Of a DNA stretch of 64,000 nucleotides, positions 32,528-41,030 are shown one piece after another. How positions within the stretch are numbered: position 1 is the stretch's first letter; each line of letters opens with the position of its first letter. The notes beneath the pieces were generated by a model. It was not told the DNA's origin and ran no database searches. It was given only the letters and a program-made list of their open reading frames with translations. Origin of the DNA: Candidatus Zhuqueibacterota bacterium (GTDB lineage: Bacteria; Zhuqueibacterota; QNDG01; JABMRT01); the NCBI GenBank assembly GCA_013202295.1, contig JABMRT010000088.1, positions 1,357 to 65,356 on the forward strand. The letters are read 5' to 3'. The position numbers and the translations under genes were made by a program.

Positions 32528-33001
32528 TTAATTATTCCACTGTATTCTTTGTTGTAATGTGGTTATGGTAATCGATCCATCATTACAATTCATGGAAACT
32601 TTTCGGCCCATGATGCCGCCCACTGCTTCTGTTGTAATCTCGATTCCCAGAACTTGGAGTTCTTGTTTAACTGCTTCTACGTTTCTGCTGCCAATTGATG
32701 AACCGTTTTTTCCAGATTGCATAAACATGGACGCTCCACCAATACACATGGCATGCAATCTTGAAATATTTGCCCCATTTTGAGTCATTTGCTTCAGAAG
32801 TGACCTCACCCCTGTATCTGCATACTTTCCTATTGGAGCATCAACATCTCCATTTTTTTTAGGCATGACAATATGTGCCATTCCACCAATCCGAACTTTG
32901 GGATCCCATAAGCAGAGGGCTATACAGGAACCCACAACTGTTTTTAAAACAATAGGTTCTTTTTCAACCTGAATCTCTGACATTCGAATAAAGAGTTCCA
33001 T
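32528..33001 (-). CDS. cheD: Chemoreceptor glutamine deamidase CheD
   Basis: VGSCIALCLWD, GGMAHIVMP, KYAD, GGASMF, IGSRN. Confidence 0.93.
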   Translation of the reverse strand: MELFIRMSEIQVEKEPIVLKTVVGSCIALCLWDPKVRIGGMAHIVMPKKNGDVDAPIGKYADTGVRSLLKQMTQNGANISRLHAMCIGGASMFMQSGKNGSSIGSRNVEAVKQELQVLGIEITTEAVGGIMGRKVSMNCNDGSITITTLQQRIQWNN

Positions 33002-33009
33002 AACCAGCC

Positions 33010-33642
33010 CTAAATTTGTTCTAAAGTGTGATAAAGGCGTTCTTTGTCGGACATTATGATAAGGCGTATATCATACCCTCCTAAGTGCTCTTCCCGTATT
33101 TTGGCATCAGCACAAATGATTTCACGATTCAAGAATTCCTCCTGCAGCACGATACTTTCGATAATAGCACCAAACATATCAAATGTATTGATCGGAGCTA
33201 TACCATGAATTGTAATACCCAAATGATTGGCCAGGCTGTTGATAAAAGAACTACCAAGAATATTGTTCATTTCACCAATCCCTGCTATTACGTTTTCAGA
33301 TATGACGTCACTGTTCTTTATTTGTTCACCCGAGATTAGTCTATATATATCAAGCCCCGCCTCCTCTTGTATTAAAAAGGCGATGTTGGTGTCCAAATCC
33401 TCTTCAACTTTAATGATGGATGCAAAGTACGACTGTTCAAATTGCTCTTCAACCTGAGCGGAAAATTCCTCGCTGGTTATCTGCTCAATTTTATACTGAT
33501 CAATAATCATATTTTGACCTACGAGTTGAGAGAGCGATTTGGCGGCATCATGAAATGTTTTTTGAAATATATCTCTCAAATTATCTTGATTTGAATCGTT
33601 TAACATTACTTCAGAGATCTCTTCGCTTTTATATAGTTCCAT
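33010..33642 (-). CDS. cheC: CheC-family phosphatase
   Basis: AAKSLSQLVG, GEMNNILGSSFINSLA, DMFGAII; adjacent to cheD. Confidence 0.8.
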   Translation of the reverse strand: MELYKSEEISEVMLNDSNQDNLRDIFQKTFHDAAKSLSQLVGQNMIIDQYKIEQITSEEFSAQVEEQFEQSYFASIIKVEEDLDTNIAFLIQEEAGLDIYRLISGEQIKNSDVISENVIAGIGEMNNILGSSFINSLANHLGITIHGIAPINTFDMFGAIIESIVLQEEFLNREIICADAKIREEHLGGYDIRLIIMSDKERLYHTLEQI

Positions 33643-33669
33643 CGTATCCCTCGCTTTAAAATGAACGAT

Positions 33670-35721
33670 CTATAATGCATCTTTGATTTCAATTTCTTTA
33701 AGAATATGGATGACGCCTATAATGTCCATCACCAGAATAATAGTGCCGTCTCCTAATATGGCAGCACCGGATATACCACGTACTGACTTGTAATTTTCTT
33801 CCAATGACTTAAGGACAATTTCCTGTTTCCCTATTATCCGATCTACAATCAGACCAATCTCTTTCTCTCGATATGAAACGATGACAATGCTAACCTCACC
33901 ATGTGCATCAACAGACACTCTGTCTGATGGATCATCCAATATATCATGCAGCCCAACCACAGGGATGACTTTGCCATCATGCTGAATTGCCTTAAAACAG
34001 TCACGACCCTGCAGATCTTCGATTGGCACCTTAATAGATTCTCGAATGTCTGTGATCGAAATGCCATAGAGATTTTTATTGGATTCAACCACAATCACAC
34101 TGGATATTGCAAGGGTCAATGGAAGTGTAATGATAAACTCTGTTCCATGATTGAGTTCGGATTCAATTGTGACAGATCCGTTCAGGCTGTTAATCACATT
34201 ATTCACCACATCAAGCCCAACTCCTCGTCCGGAGACAGAACTGACTTTTTCAGCCGTACTAAATCCAGGCTCAAAAAGGAGATTTAGCATCTCCACTTTG
34301 GATGTTGAATCAGCCATGGCTTCATCCAATAGATCCTTTTGGATTGCCATCTGCTTGACTTTCTCCACATCAATACCGCGTCCATCATCTTTCACTGTGA
34401 TTACAATATGATTGCCAATTTGAGCCGCTGAAAGTTCAATACGGCCTTGACTCGCCTTGTTTAATCTTTTACGTTCATCCGGCAATTCCATGCCATGATC
34501 AATGGCATTTCGCACAAGATGGGTGAGTGGATCACCAATGACATCAATGACCTTTTTATCCAACTCGGTTTCAGCCCCCTTTATAATCAGTTCAATCTCT
34601 TTATTCTCTTTTTTTGCTAAATCACGCACCACCCTTTTGAACTGACTAAACTGTGTCTGTAATGGAAGCATCCTGGTTTTCAGCACACTGCGCTGAATCC
34701 CTGAGGATATTTTCATTAACTTGTCTATGAGCTGATTCAACTCCTGACCATATAAATCATCATCAAGCGTCTTTCGAATTTTTGATTCCAGCATTTTAAA
34801 ACCTGAATTGGTTACAACCAATTCACCAACCATATGCATTAAATCATCCAGTTTCTTCACAGGAACACGGATGGAGTTGACCGAAGTGGGCCGTTGTGAG
34901 TCTGTCCCTTGTAGTTCCGTCACCTCGGTCAATTGCTCTCCACCGCTCCTTACATTTTCTTCTTTATTTAAATCATCCATCGATTTAATCAAACGAATAT
35001 CCAGATGTTTAATCAGATCAATATTTGCTGATTTTTGAATGGATGTTTTTGTCAATCTTGAATGAAGTACCAACGTGAATTTCCCTGTGAACCGATCTGT
35101 GTGAAACGATGCCTTCTCTGGATCAAGATGGATAATCTCTCCCAACTTTGAGAGATGGCTCAATAACAGTTCCGCCCTGAGCCACTTAATCGGTTCTGCA
35201 GGATCAATTTCAACATAAATCCTATATATTTTTTGCTTGGACTTGAGTGCCTTTTCTACTGCTTTATATACTGTGTCTGGTATTTGTATTTCTTGAATTA
35301 TGGATTTTTCAATATCGGCCTCGGATTTTGAGCGAGCATGAGGGGCTACATTTTCAATCTGATCCAGCAAATCATGGAAAGTCACTTTCGATTCTGTATT
35401 CTGTTTGGCTGCATTTAGAAATACCGTAATTCTATCGAATGCGATAAATAAAATATCAATGATTTCAGCGCTGATCGATTTCTTTTCATCCTTAAGATTC
35501 TGAATTAGATCTTCAGCAGCATGGGCAAATCGGCTGAGGTCATTATACCCCACAGCCGCTGCAGAACTCTTCAAAGTATGCATAACCCGGAATATACTGT
35601 CAATCCGCTTTCGATTCTGAGGATCTTTTTCAAGTGTGATCAGATCTTCATTTAAAAGCGCCAGATGCTCTTCACTTTCTTCAATAAAATTAGAGCGAAA
35701 TTCACTAAAGACATCATGCAT
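33670..35721 (-). CDS. cheA: Chemotaxis histidine kinase CheA
   Basis: IFRVMHTLKS Hpt, IRVPVKKLD, HLVRNAIDHG, DDGRG, FEPGFST, SGRGVGLDVV, LPLTLAI, CheW-like P5. Confidence 0.97.
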   Translation of the reverse strand: MHDVFSEFRSNFIEESEEHLALLNEDLITLEKDPQNRKRIDSIFRVMHTLKSSAAAVGYNDLSRFAHAAEDLIQNLKDEKKSISAEIIDILFIAFDRITVFLNAAKQNTESKVTFHDLLDQIENVAPHARSKSEADIEKSIIQEIQIPDTVYKAVEKALKSKQKIYRIYVEIDPAEPIKWLRAELLLSHLSKLGEIIHLDPEKASFHTDRFTGKFTLVLHSRLTKTSIQKSANIDLIKHLDIRLIKSMDDLNKEENVRSGGEQLTEVTELQGTDSQRPTSVNSIRVPVKKLDDLMHMVGELVVTNSGFKMLESKIRKTLDDDLYGQELNQLIDKLMKISSGIQRSVLKTRMLPLQTQFSQFKRVVRDLAKKENKEIELIIKGAETELDKKVIDVIGDPLTHLVRNAIDHGMELPDERKRLNKASQGRIELSAAQIGNHIVITVKDDGRGIDVEKVKQMAIQKDLLDEAMADSTSKVEMLNLLFEPGFSTAEKVSSVSGRGVGLDVVNNVINSLNGSVTIESELNHGTEFIITLPLTLAISSVIVVESNKNLYGISITDIRESIKVPIEDLQGRDCFKAIQHDGKVIPVVGLHDILDDPSDRVSVDAHGEVSIVIVSYREKEIGLIVDRIIGKQEIVLKSLEENYKSVRGISGAAILGDGTIILVMDIIGVIHILKEIEIKDAL

Positions 35722-35730
35722 GATGAATCC

Positions 35731-36561
35731 TTATTGATCTGCTTTTTGATAAATGGCCGGCTGAATAAATTGAAATAGATTCTGGTTGTTCAACAAGCTT
35801 TCTGCATAACCAGTGATCAGGTATCCTTGTGTTCTCAAGCCGCCATACAGATTGGTAAGTGCTCGTGATTTACTATCCTGGTTAAAATAGATCATCACAT
35901 TACGGCAGAAGATAACATCAAATTGTCCATGCCTGAAGGGCTCAAGCAAATTACTTTGATAAAACTGTACCTGATTCTGAATTGTATCAGAGAGCATAAA
36001 TAAATCTTCTACATCTGTGAAGTACTTTTTTTTATAGTCAATTGGCATGCGTTGTACAGCATATGGTTTATAAAGGCCTGCTTTTGCCTTTAGAATCATA
36101 TTGCGGTTAATATCTGAGGCTATTATTTCGATTGATTTGAGAGCATTGCAGCCCATTTTTTCACGGATCTGCATTGCTATTGAATAAGGCTCTTCTCCGG
36201 AGGAACAAGCTGCACTCCAAATCCGGATTCTTTTCTGTTTTTCCATCATTTGAGGTAAAATTATCTCAGTCAAGTATTCAATCTGTTCACTATGCCGAAA
36301 GAAAAATGTTTCATTGGTTGTCAGGCAATTCACAAACTCAGTGAGCTCTTGCTTGCCATCAGGATTCTTCGTTAGAAAATCATAATATTTCTTATAAGTA
36401 TCCATCCCGCAAGTCTCAAGACGCTTTCTTAACCGATTAGAAACCATGGATCGTTTATGATCTTTTAGATAAACGCCAGTTTCACTAAATATCAATCGCT
36501 TAATCAGCTTAAACTCCATCTCATTGATAGACTGCATGCCTGTTTCCAAAACCAGCATCAT
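35731..36561 (-). CDS. cheR: Chemotaxis methyltransferase CheR
   Basis: TTNETFFFR, WSAACSSGEEPYS, FDVIFCRNVMIYF, GYAES. Confidence 0.96.
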   Translation of the reverse strand: MMLVLETGMQSINEMEFKLIKRLIFSETGVYLKDHKRSMVSNRLRKRLETCGMDTYKKYYDFLTKNPDGKQELTEFVNCLTTNETFFFRHSEQIEYLTEIILPQMMEKQKRIRIWSAACSSGEEPYSIAMQIREKMGCNALKSIEIIASDINRNMILKAKAGLYKPYAVQRMPIDYKKKYFTDVEDLFMLSDTIQNQVQFYQSNLLEPFRHGQFDVIFCRNVMIYFNQDSKSRALTNLYGGLRTQGYLITGYAESLLNNQNLFQFIQPAIYQKADQ

Positions 36562-36567
36562 AAATCC

Positions 36568-38172
36568 TTATGCTTCAACTAGTTTAAATTGACCGACCAC
36601 CGCACGGAGTTCTTGCGTTTGTGTACTTAATTCCTGTGCAGCCGCCGACATTTGTTCGGCTCCTTCAGAAGTTTGTTTTGAAACAGCATTCATTTCTTCG
36701 ACACTGCTCGATATTTCTTCTGCTCCTGCGCTTTGTTCTTGAGAGGCTGCTGCAATTTGTTGAATCATGTCTACTGCCTGCCCCACAGTTGCTAATATAT
36801 CAGAGAGTACATTTTCTGTTTTAATTGAAGCATCTCGGCCCGTATTGACTACTGTTTTGGTTTCTTTCATCGAGTCAGAAACTTCAATAGTATCTTTCTG
36901 AATGGCATCAATCGTCTGTGCAATTTCTTTGGTCGCATCAACAGTTCTCTCTGCCAATTTGCGAACTTCATCTGCCACAACCGCAAAACCACTACCCTGT
37001 TCTCCGGCCCGTGCCGCTTCAACCGCTGCATTCAGTGCCAATAAATTGGTTTGATCAGCGATTTTGTCAATCACCTGAGTAATCTCACCAATTTGTAATG
37101 CACGATCCGTCAGAGATTTTATGATAGTCTCCATGTTTTCCGTAGACCGGACTATTTCATCCATACCTTCACGTGTGCTTAACATGGCTTCTGATCCCTG
37201 CTTCGCTTTGCTTCCAGCATCCTCAGCGATTTTCGCTGTCTGACCGGCATTCTGAGAATTTTGCATGATTGACGCACTCATCTCCTCAACACTTGCAGAA
37301 ACTTCACCGGCCTGACTGTTATGCTCTTCCGATCCAGCCGCCATTTGAGACGAAGTCGCTGTGATTGTCTCAACCGCATTTGAAACATGCTCAGTATTCT
37401 TGCTGACACGATCAATGATATCATGGATTTTATCAACAAAAATATTAAACCATTTTGCCAGATCACCAATTTCATCATTGGATTGCGCATCGATCCGTTT
37501 GGATAAGTCGCCATCTCCCTCAGCGATATCCTGCATTATACTCACAAGACCTTGTATGGATTTCCCAATGGCTCTCCCAAAAAACAATCCGATACTGAGT
37601 GCGGCCAATGTAAGAAACGTGAAAACCAAGATAACATTCATCAGCGTCTTATGACTGCTGTTTGAAGTCACAAATGCTTCACTCATATCTTCTTGTTTTT
37701 GAATTCTTAAATCACCAATGAATTGATTGATATTATTATAATCTGTTTGCATCTCTTTTAAAGAATCGAACAATGACTCATCTGTATCATCAATGATCAT
37801 CTGCAATGTAGTTTCTCTGGCAAGGACATAATAATCCTTGAATAGTCTTTCAAAATCATCCAGCTCATTAGAATTTAATGTTACATTTTTTTTGCCTTCG
37901 CTCAACCGCTGGAGGAATTTCTCCTTCAGTGCATCAGCATCATTTAGCTTATCTACATCAGCAGCCGTACTAGCATCAAGCATGCTCCGTTGAATATCTG
38001 AGAGAGTCTCTTCCAGATCACGACTCATCTCCAGTGCTGGAAAATATCCAGATTCAATGCGTGTTAACAGATTTTCTGTTCGTTTTCCCAAAAATAATGC
38101 GACGAAAAAGATAATGAGAAACAAAATCGCAGCACCAAATGGGACCAGGTTGATTTTGTACATAATTTTCAT
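36568..38172 (-). CDS. Methyl-accepting chemotaxis protein (TM-4HB-TM-HAMP-MA)
   Basis: Two TM helices, [55 protein letters not shown]. Confidence 0.96.
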   Translation of the reverse strand: MKIMYKINLVPFGAAILFLIIFFVALFLGKRTENLLTRIESGYFPALEMSRDLEETLSDIQRSMLDASTAADVDKLNDADALKEKFLQRLSEGKKNVTLNSNELDDFERLFKDYYVLARETTLQMIIDDTDESLFDSLKEMQTDYNNINQFIGDLRIQKQEDMSEAFVTSNSSHKTLMNVILVFTFLTLAALSIGLFFGRAIGKSIQGLVSIMQDIAEGDGDLSKRIDAQSNDEIGDLAKWFNIFVDKIHDIIDRVSKNTEHVSNAVETITATSSQMAAGSEEHNSQAGEVSASVEEMSASIMQNSQNAGQTAKIAEDAGSKAKQGSEAMLSTREGMDEIVRSTENMETIIKSLTDRALQIGEITQVIDKIADQTNLLALNAAVEAARAGEQGSGFAVVADEVRKLAERTVDATKEIAQTIDAIQKDTIEVSDSMKETKTVVNTGRDASIKTENVLSDILATVGQAVDMIQQIAAASQEQSAGAEEISSSVEEMNAVSKQTSEGAEQMSAAAQELSTQTQELRAVVGQFKLVEA

Positions 38173-38202
38173 GATGCCTCTACTCCTAACAATTAATATT
38201 CA

Positions 38203-38259
38203 GGTAAAAGTTTGTGACTATGCCTGAAAATAAATTTCAGACATAGCCACCATCTTACC
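38203..38259 (-). other. Long intergenic RNA stem-loop inside the operon
   Basis: Minus strand GTGGCTATGTCTGAAA / TTTCAGGCATAGTCAC forms 16 bp with two G-U pairs, plus a weaker outer stem; no U-tract. Confidence 0.6.
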
Positions 38260-38261
38260 CA

Positions 38262-38684
38262 TTATTCAACTTTCAGCTTTTTAACGCCAGTTGTGGATGT
38301 GCCTGCTGGAACATAGCCTACTGCTCCTGAAGTATTCTTTACAAAAGCCACCAACTCAGCTGCACTTTTGAAGGACCTAGGGGGTGTTCCTTCACCCGTG
38401 AAAATGGCCTGTTTCCAGAATGAGGAGAACTGAGAGGATGATTTCTGAACATAAGCACCCAGAAATGCCTCATGTGTATTTCCAGATTTTAAAGTGACAG
38501 GCACAATTTTCGAGCCGTCGGACCATGAATTCTTTTTGCCTAAAAAGATGAGTTTCAGAGTGGCGCTGTTAATCGAAGAAACTGAAACACTGTTATTGGC
38601 AATCACAACCACATTCCCATCCGCTGCTACTAAATTGTTTGAAAGCAGAAAGAGTACTATTAAGGAAAGAATTATTTTTTTCAT
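38262..38684 (-). CDS. Small periplasmic single-domain PBP-like protein (often annotated 'phosphate ABC substrate-binding')
   Basis: Signal peptide; VVIAN...L..IFLGK...W.DG...F...W....FTG.G.PP.......V..V....GAVGYV. Confidence 0.8.
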   Translation of the reverse strand: MKKIILSLIVLFLLSNNLVAADGNVVVIANNSVSVSSINSATLKLIFLGKKNSWSDGSKIVPVTLKSGNTHEAFLGAYVQKSSSQFSSFWKQAIFTGEGTPPRSFKSAAELVAFVKNTSGAVGYVPAGTSTTGVKKLKVE

Positions 38685-38705
38685 AATGTCTTTCTCCTTT
38701 CTTTT

Positions 38706-40010
38706 TTAAAAGTTAAATGAGCTTTTAAGTACCAGCAGAGACCAGTCTTCTTTCAATCCATCCGGATTGTGAAGTCCTTGAACCTGACCGGTTCCATTGA
38801 TCATGTGGTATTCTGCTTTAAATAACCAGTTATCATTGATATCCAGACGTCCGGTGAAACAGAGATCCTTTTGCCATGCAGAATGATCCGGTCGACCCAG
38901 TACAACCTGATCCGCTCCTTCTTTGTCATCTGAATTGGCGTAGAACACAGAATAATAAGTACTGAACGCAATCCGATGGTTTACCTGATAGGTACCCATG
39001 CCATAATACATTTCGCGAGGTGTTTTTGTATGACTTTCAGTGGTACCAATTACAATGTCGCCTTCAATATCAAATGTGCGATATTCACCGGCAACGGTCA
39101 GCTTGTTCCACTGAAATTCGCCAAAGAATATTTTCGTGCGAATATCATATGCACCCGCTATGGGTACAGCCTGAGACATTGTATAGGGGCTGGCTGGATC
39201 AGCGGTTGGGAAAACCATATCGATGTTGGCATCATAATTCCACAAGAATTCAAGCTGATTTATACTTGAACCCAGAAGCAGACCAGGAACCGGTGTATTC
39301 CAGCGAAGATCGATCCCGCGAACATTCTCAATTGTGGATAACTCATTTGAAGTTCCGGTGAGTGTTGATGAAATAATTCCCGGCATAGCCATCATACCCA
39401 TAGCAATAGGTTCAGCGGTCATATAATACTGATTCTTAAAAAAGCTGCTTTGCTGGTCAACGATATTATATCCGCCGTAGACTACTTCATAATCAAGATC
39501 GCCGAGAATACTGATCGGCCGATTGCCATAGAGACCCACGCCGTTAATGGCAAGATTCAAATCCCGTTCAGATTCAGCGTAGATACTTTGGGGAAGAAAT
39601 GCCGGAACACGGGCCATATCTACATCGCGCAGTTTAGCATATAAACCCACGGGATTCTTAAACCGACCTATACGAAAACCCATATAATCTTTCCAACGGT
39701 AGTCACCATACGCCCAATCAATGGTGACAAAGAGATTTCCATCTTCATCCATATCTCTCGCGTAGAGTTGCGTGCCGATGTTAAGGCGATCTACGGGTGA
39801 GGTCATAAAATTAATTGTTGCTTCACTGTAGGACATGCAACCTTCTTTTGAGTCGCTGGCAAGGTAGTTATTTTCAGTTGTTTTCAAATATCCCTGGCTT
39901 ACAAAGCCATGAATGTTCAGTTGGTCTGAAAATCCTTGTGAAAACAGAGGGGCAGTCAGAATTAGTCCGACCATAACCACAAGTGAAATAAATTGTTTTT
40001 GCTTTGACAT
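38706..40010 (-). CDS. Outer-membrane porin-like beta-barrel
   Basis: Signal peptide; IHGFVSQGY, IDWAYGDY, RIGRFKNPVGLY, FKAEYH, C-terminal FNF; start ATG 40010 with GGAG RBS. Confidence 0.8.
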   Translation of the reverse strand: MSKQKQFISLVVMVGLILTAPLFSQGFSDQLNIHGFVSQGYLKTTENNYLASDSKEGCMSYSEATINFMTSPVDRLNIGTQLYARDMDEDGNLFVTIDWAYGDYRWKDYMGFRIGRFKNPVGLYAKLRDVDMARVPAFLPQSIYAESERDLNLAINGVGLYGNRPISILGDLDYEVVYGGYNIVDQQSSFFKNQYYMTAEPIAMGMMAMPGIISSTLTGTSNELSTIENVRGIDLRWNTPVPGLLLGSSINQLEFLWNYDANIDMVFPTADPASPYTMSQAVPIAGAYDIRTKIFFGEFQWNKLTVAGEYRTFDIEGDIVIGTTESHTKTPREMYYGMGTYQVNHRIAFSTYYSVFYANSDDKEGADQVVLGRPDHSAWQKDLCFTGRLDINDNWLFKAEYHMINGTGQVQGLHNPDGLKEDWSLLVLKSSFNF

Positions 40011-40059
40011 TTTTTTCTCCTTCATTTTTGTTACTGAAAAGCCACTGCACATTTTTGTG

Positions 40060-40722
40060 CTATTTCTTTGGCGCCTTCGTGGTTCTCGTACTTTTTATAG
40101 CGGATGCTTTTTTTTGAGTTTGCCTCCTCTCTTTACCTGATTTTTTAATATCAATAATTCTCTCTTTCTTGATTAGTTTATCTTTTTGTTGCAGAGTTGT
40201 GTTTGAATCTGCTTTTTCTGTTTTATTAAGGACTGCTTTTTTCATCATCTCAAGGTCTTCGAGATTCACAATCTCCTCAACTGAAAACACCTTTTCCATA
40301 TTGAGCAAAATGATCATTTGGTCTTCGATCTTCCCCACACCTGTGATATATTCCTGTATCTTTCCAATACCAATGTCTGGTGGCGCCTCAATTTGATCTG
40401 TCTTGAGACGAATAACGCGTTCTACGAGATCGACAATAACACCAATCTGTTTTTCTTCGAACAGGAAAACAATAATCCTGGCCTTGTCGTCTCTCTCAAT
40501 TTCATCCAGACCCAATTTCTTTCTTAAGTCAATGACCGGGATTACATTCCCTCTTAAATTGATAACACCTGCCACTGAAGCGGGTGTTTGAGGTACTTTG
40601 GCAATCTCCTGAAGACGGACAATTTCCTTGACTTTCAGTATGTTGACACCAAACTCATCATTCCCGAATTTGAAACATACAAGCTGAATTTGTTTTTGTA
40701 GAGCAGGAGTTTTTTCAATCAT
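40060..40722 (-). CDS. cheW: Chemotaxis coupling protein CheW with Lys-rich C-terminal tail
   Basis: FGVNILKVKEIV, GVINLRGNVIPVIDLR, GVIVD.V, ITGVGK; ~60-aa basic tail. Confidence 0.93.
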   Translation of the reverse strand: MIEKTPALQKQIQLVCFKFGNDEFGVNILKVKEIVRLQEIAKVPQTPASVAGVINLRGNVIPVIDLRKKLGLDEIERDDKARIIVFLFEEKQIGVIVDLVERVIRLKTDQIEAPPDIGIGKIQEYITGVGKIEDQMIILLNMEKVFSVEEIVNLEDLEMMKKAVLNKTEKADSNTTLQQKDKLIKKERIIDIKKSGKERRQTQKKASAIKSTRTTKAPKK

Positions 40723-41030
40723 GTTTTTTATCCTATTCGCATTTTCAAAGTTTGTAGGGAATTATCCGTTTATATTTATAAATACTTTCTGCACATTGAT
40801 CATCACATCACTACCCTTTACAATGCCTGTCTCAATTACACACCAGATTAATGCAGCCATATTTAAAGAGGTATTCTGAACCTGCATTCTCACGAATACA
40901 GGTCCAGAATGTGAGAGGAATAAAGAGGGAGAGAGAGATGAATGATCAATAAATTTCATTTTTATGCCTGCAGTTCAATCATGTTCTTTATCCTATTCAA
41001 CTTTTCAAGGGTTTTGGATCATTATCCATT
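40714..41030. repeat. Imperfect ~57-bp direct repeat (40714-40770 and 40974-41030)
   Basis: TTCAATCATGTT(T/C)TTTATCCTATTC...TTTTCAA.G...ATTATCC.TT in both copies, 260 bp apart. Confidence 0.8.

Noticed and set aside
40762-40959. 65-aa ORF between the direct repeats as a real gene
   Set aside because: Low-complexity start, no clear RBS and no family motif; kept only as part of the duplication finding.
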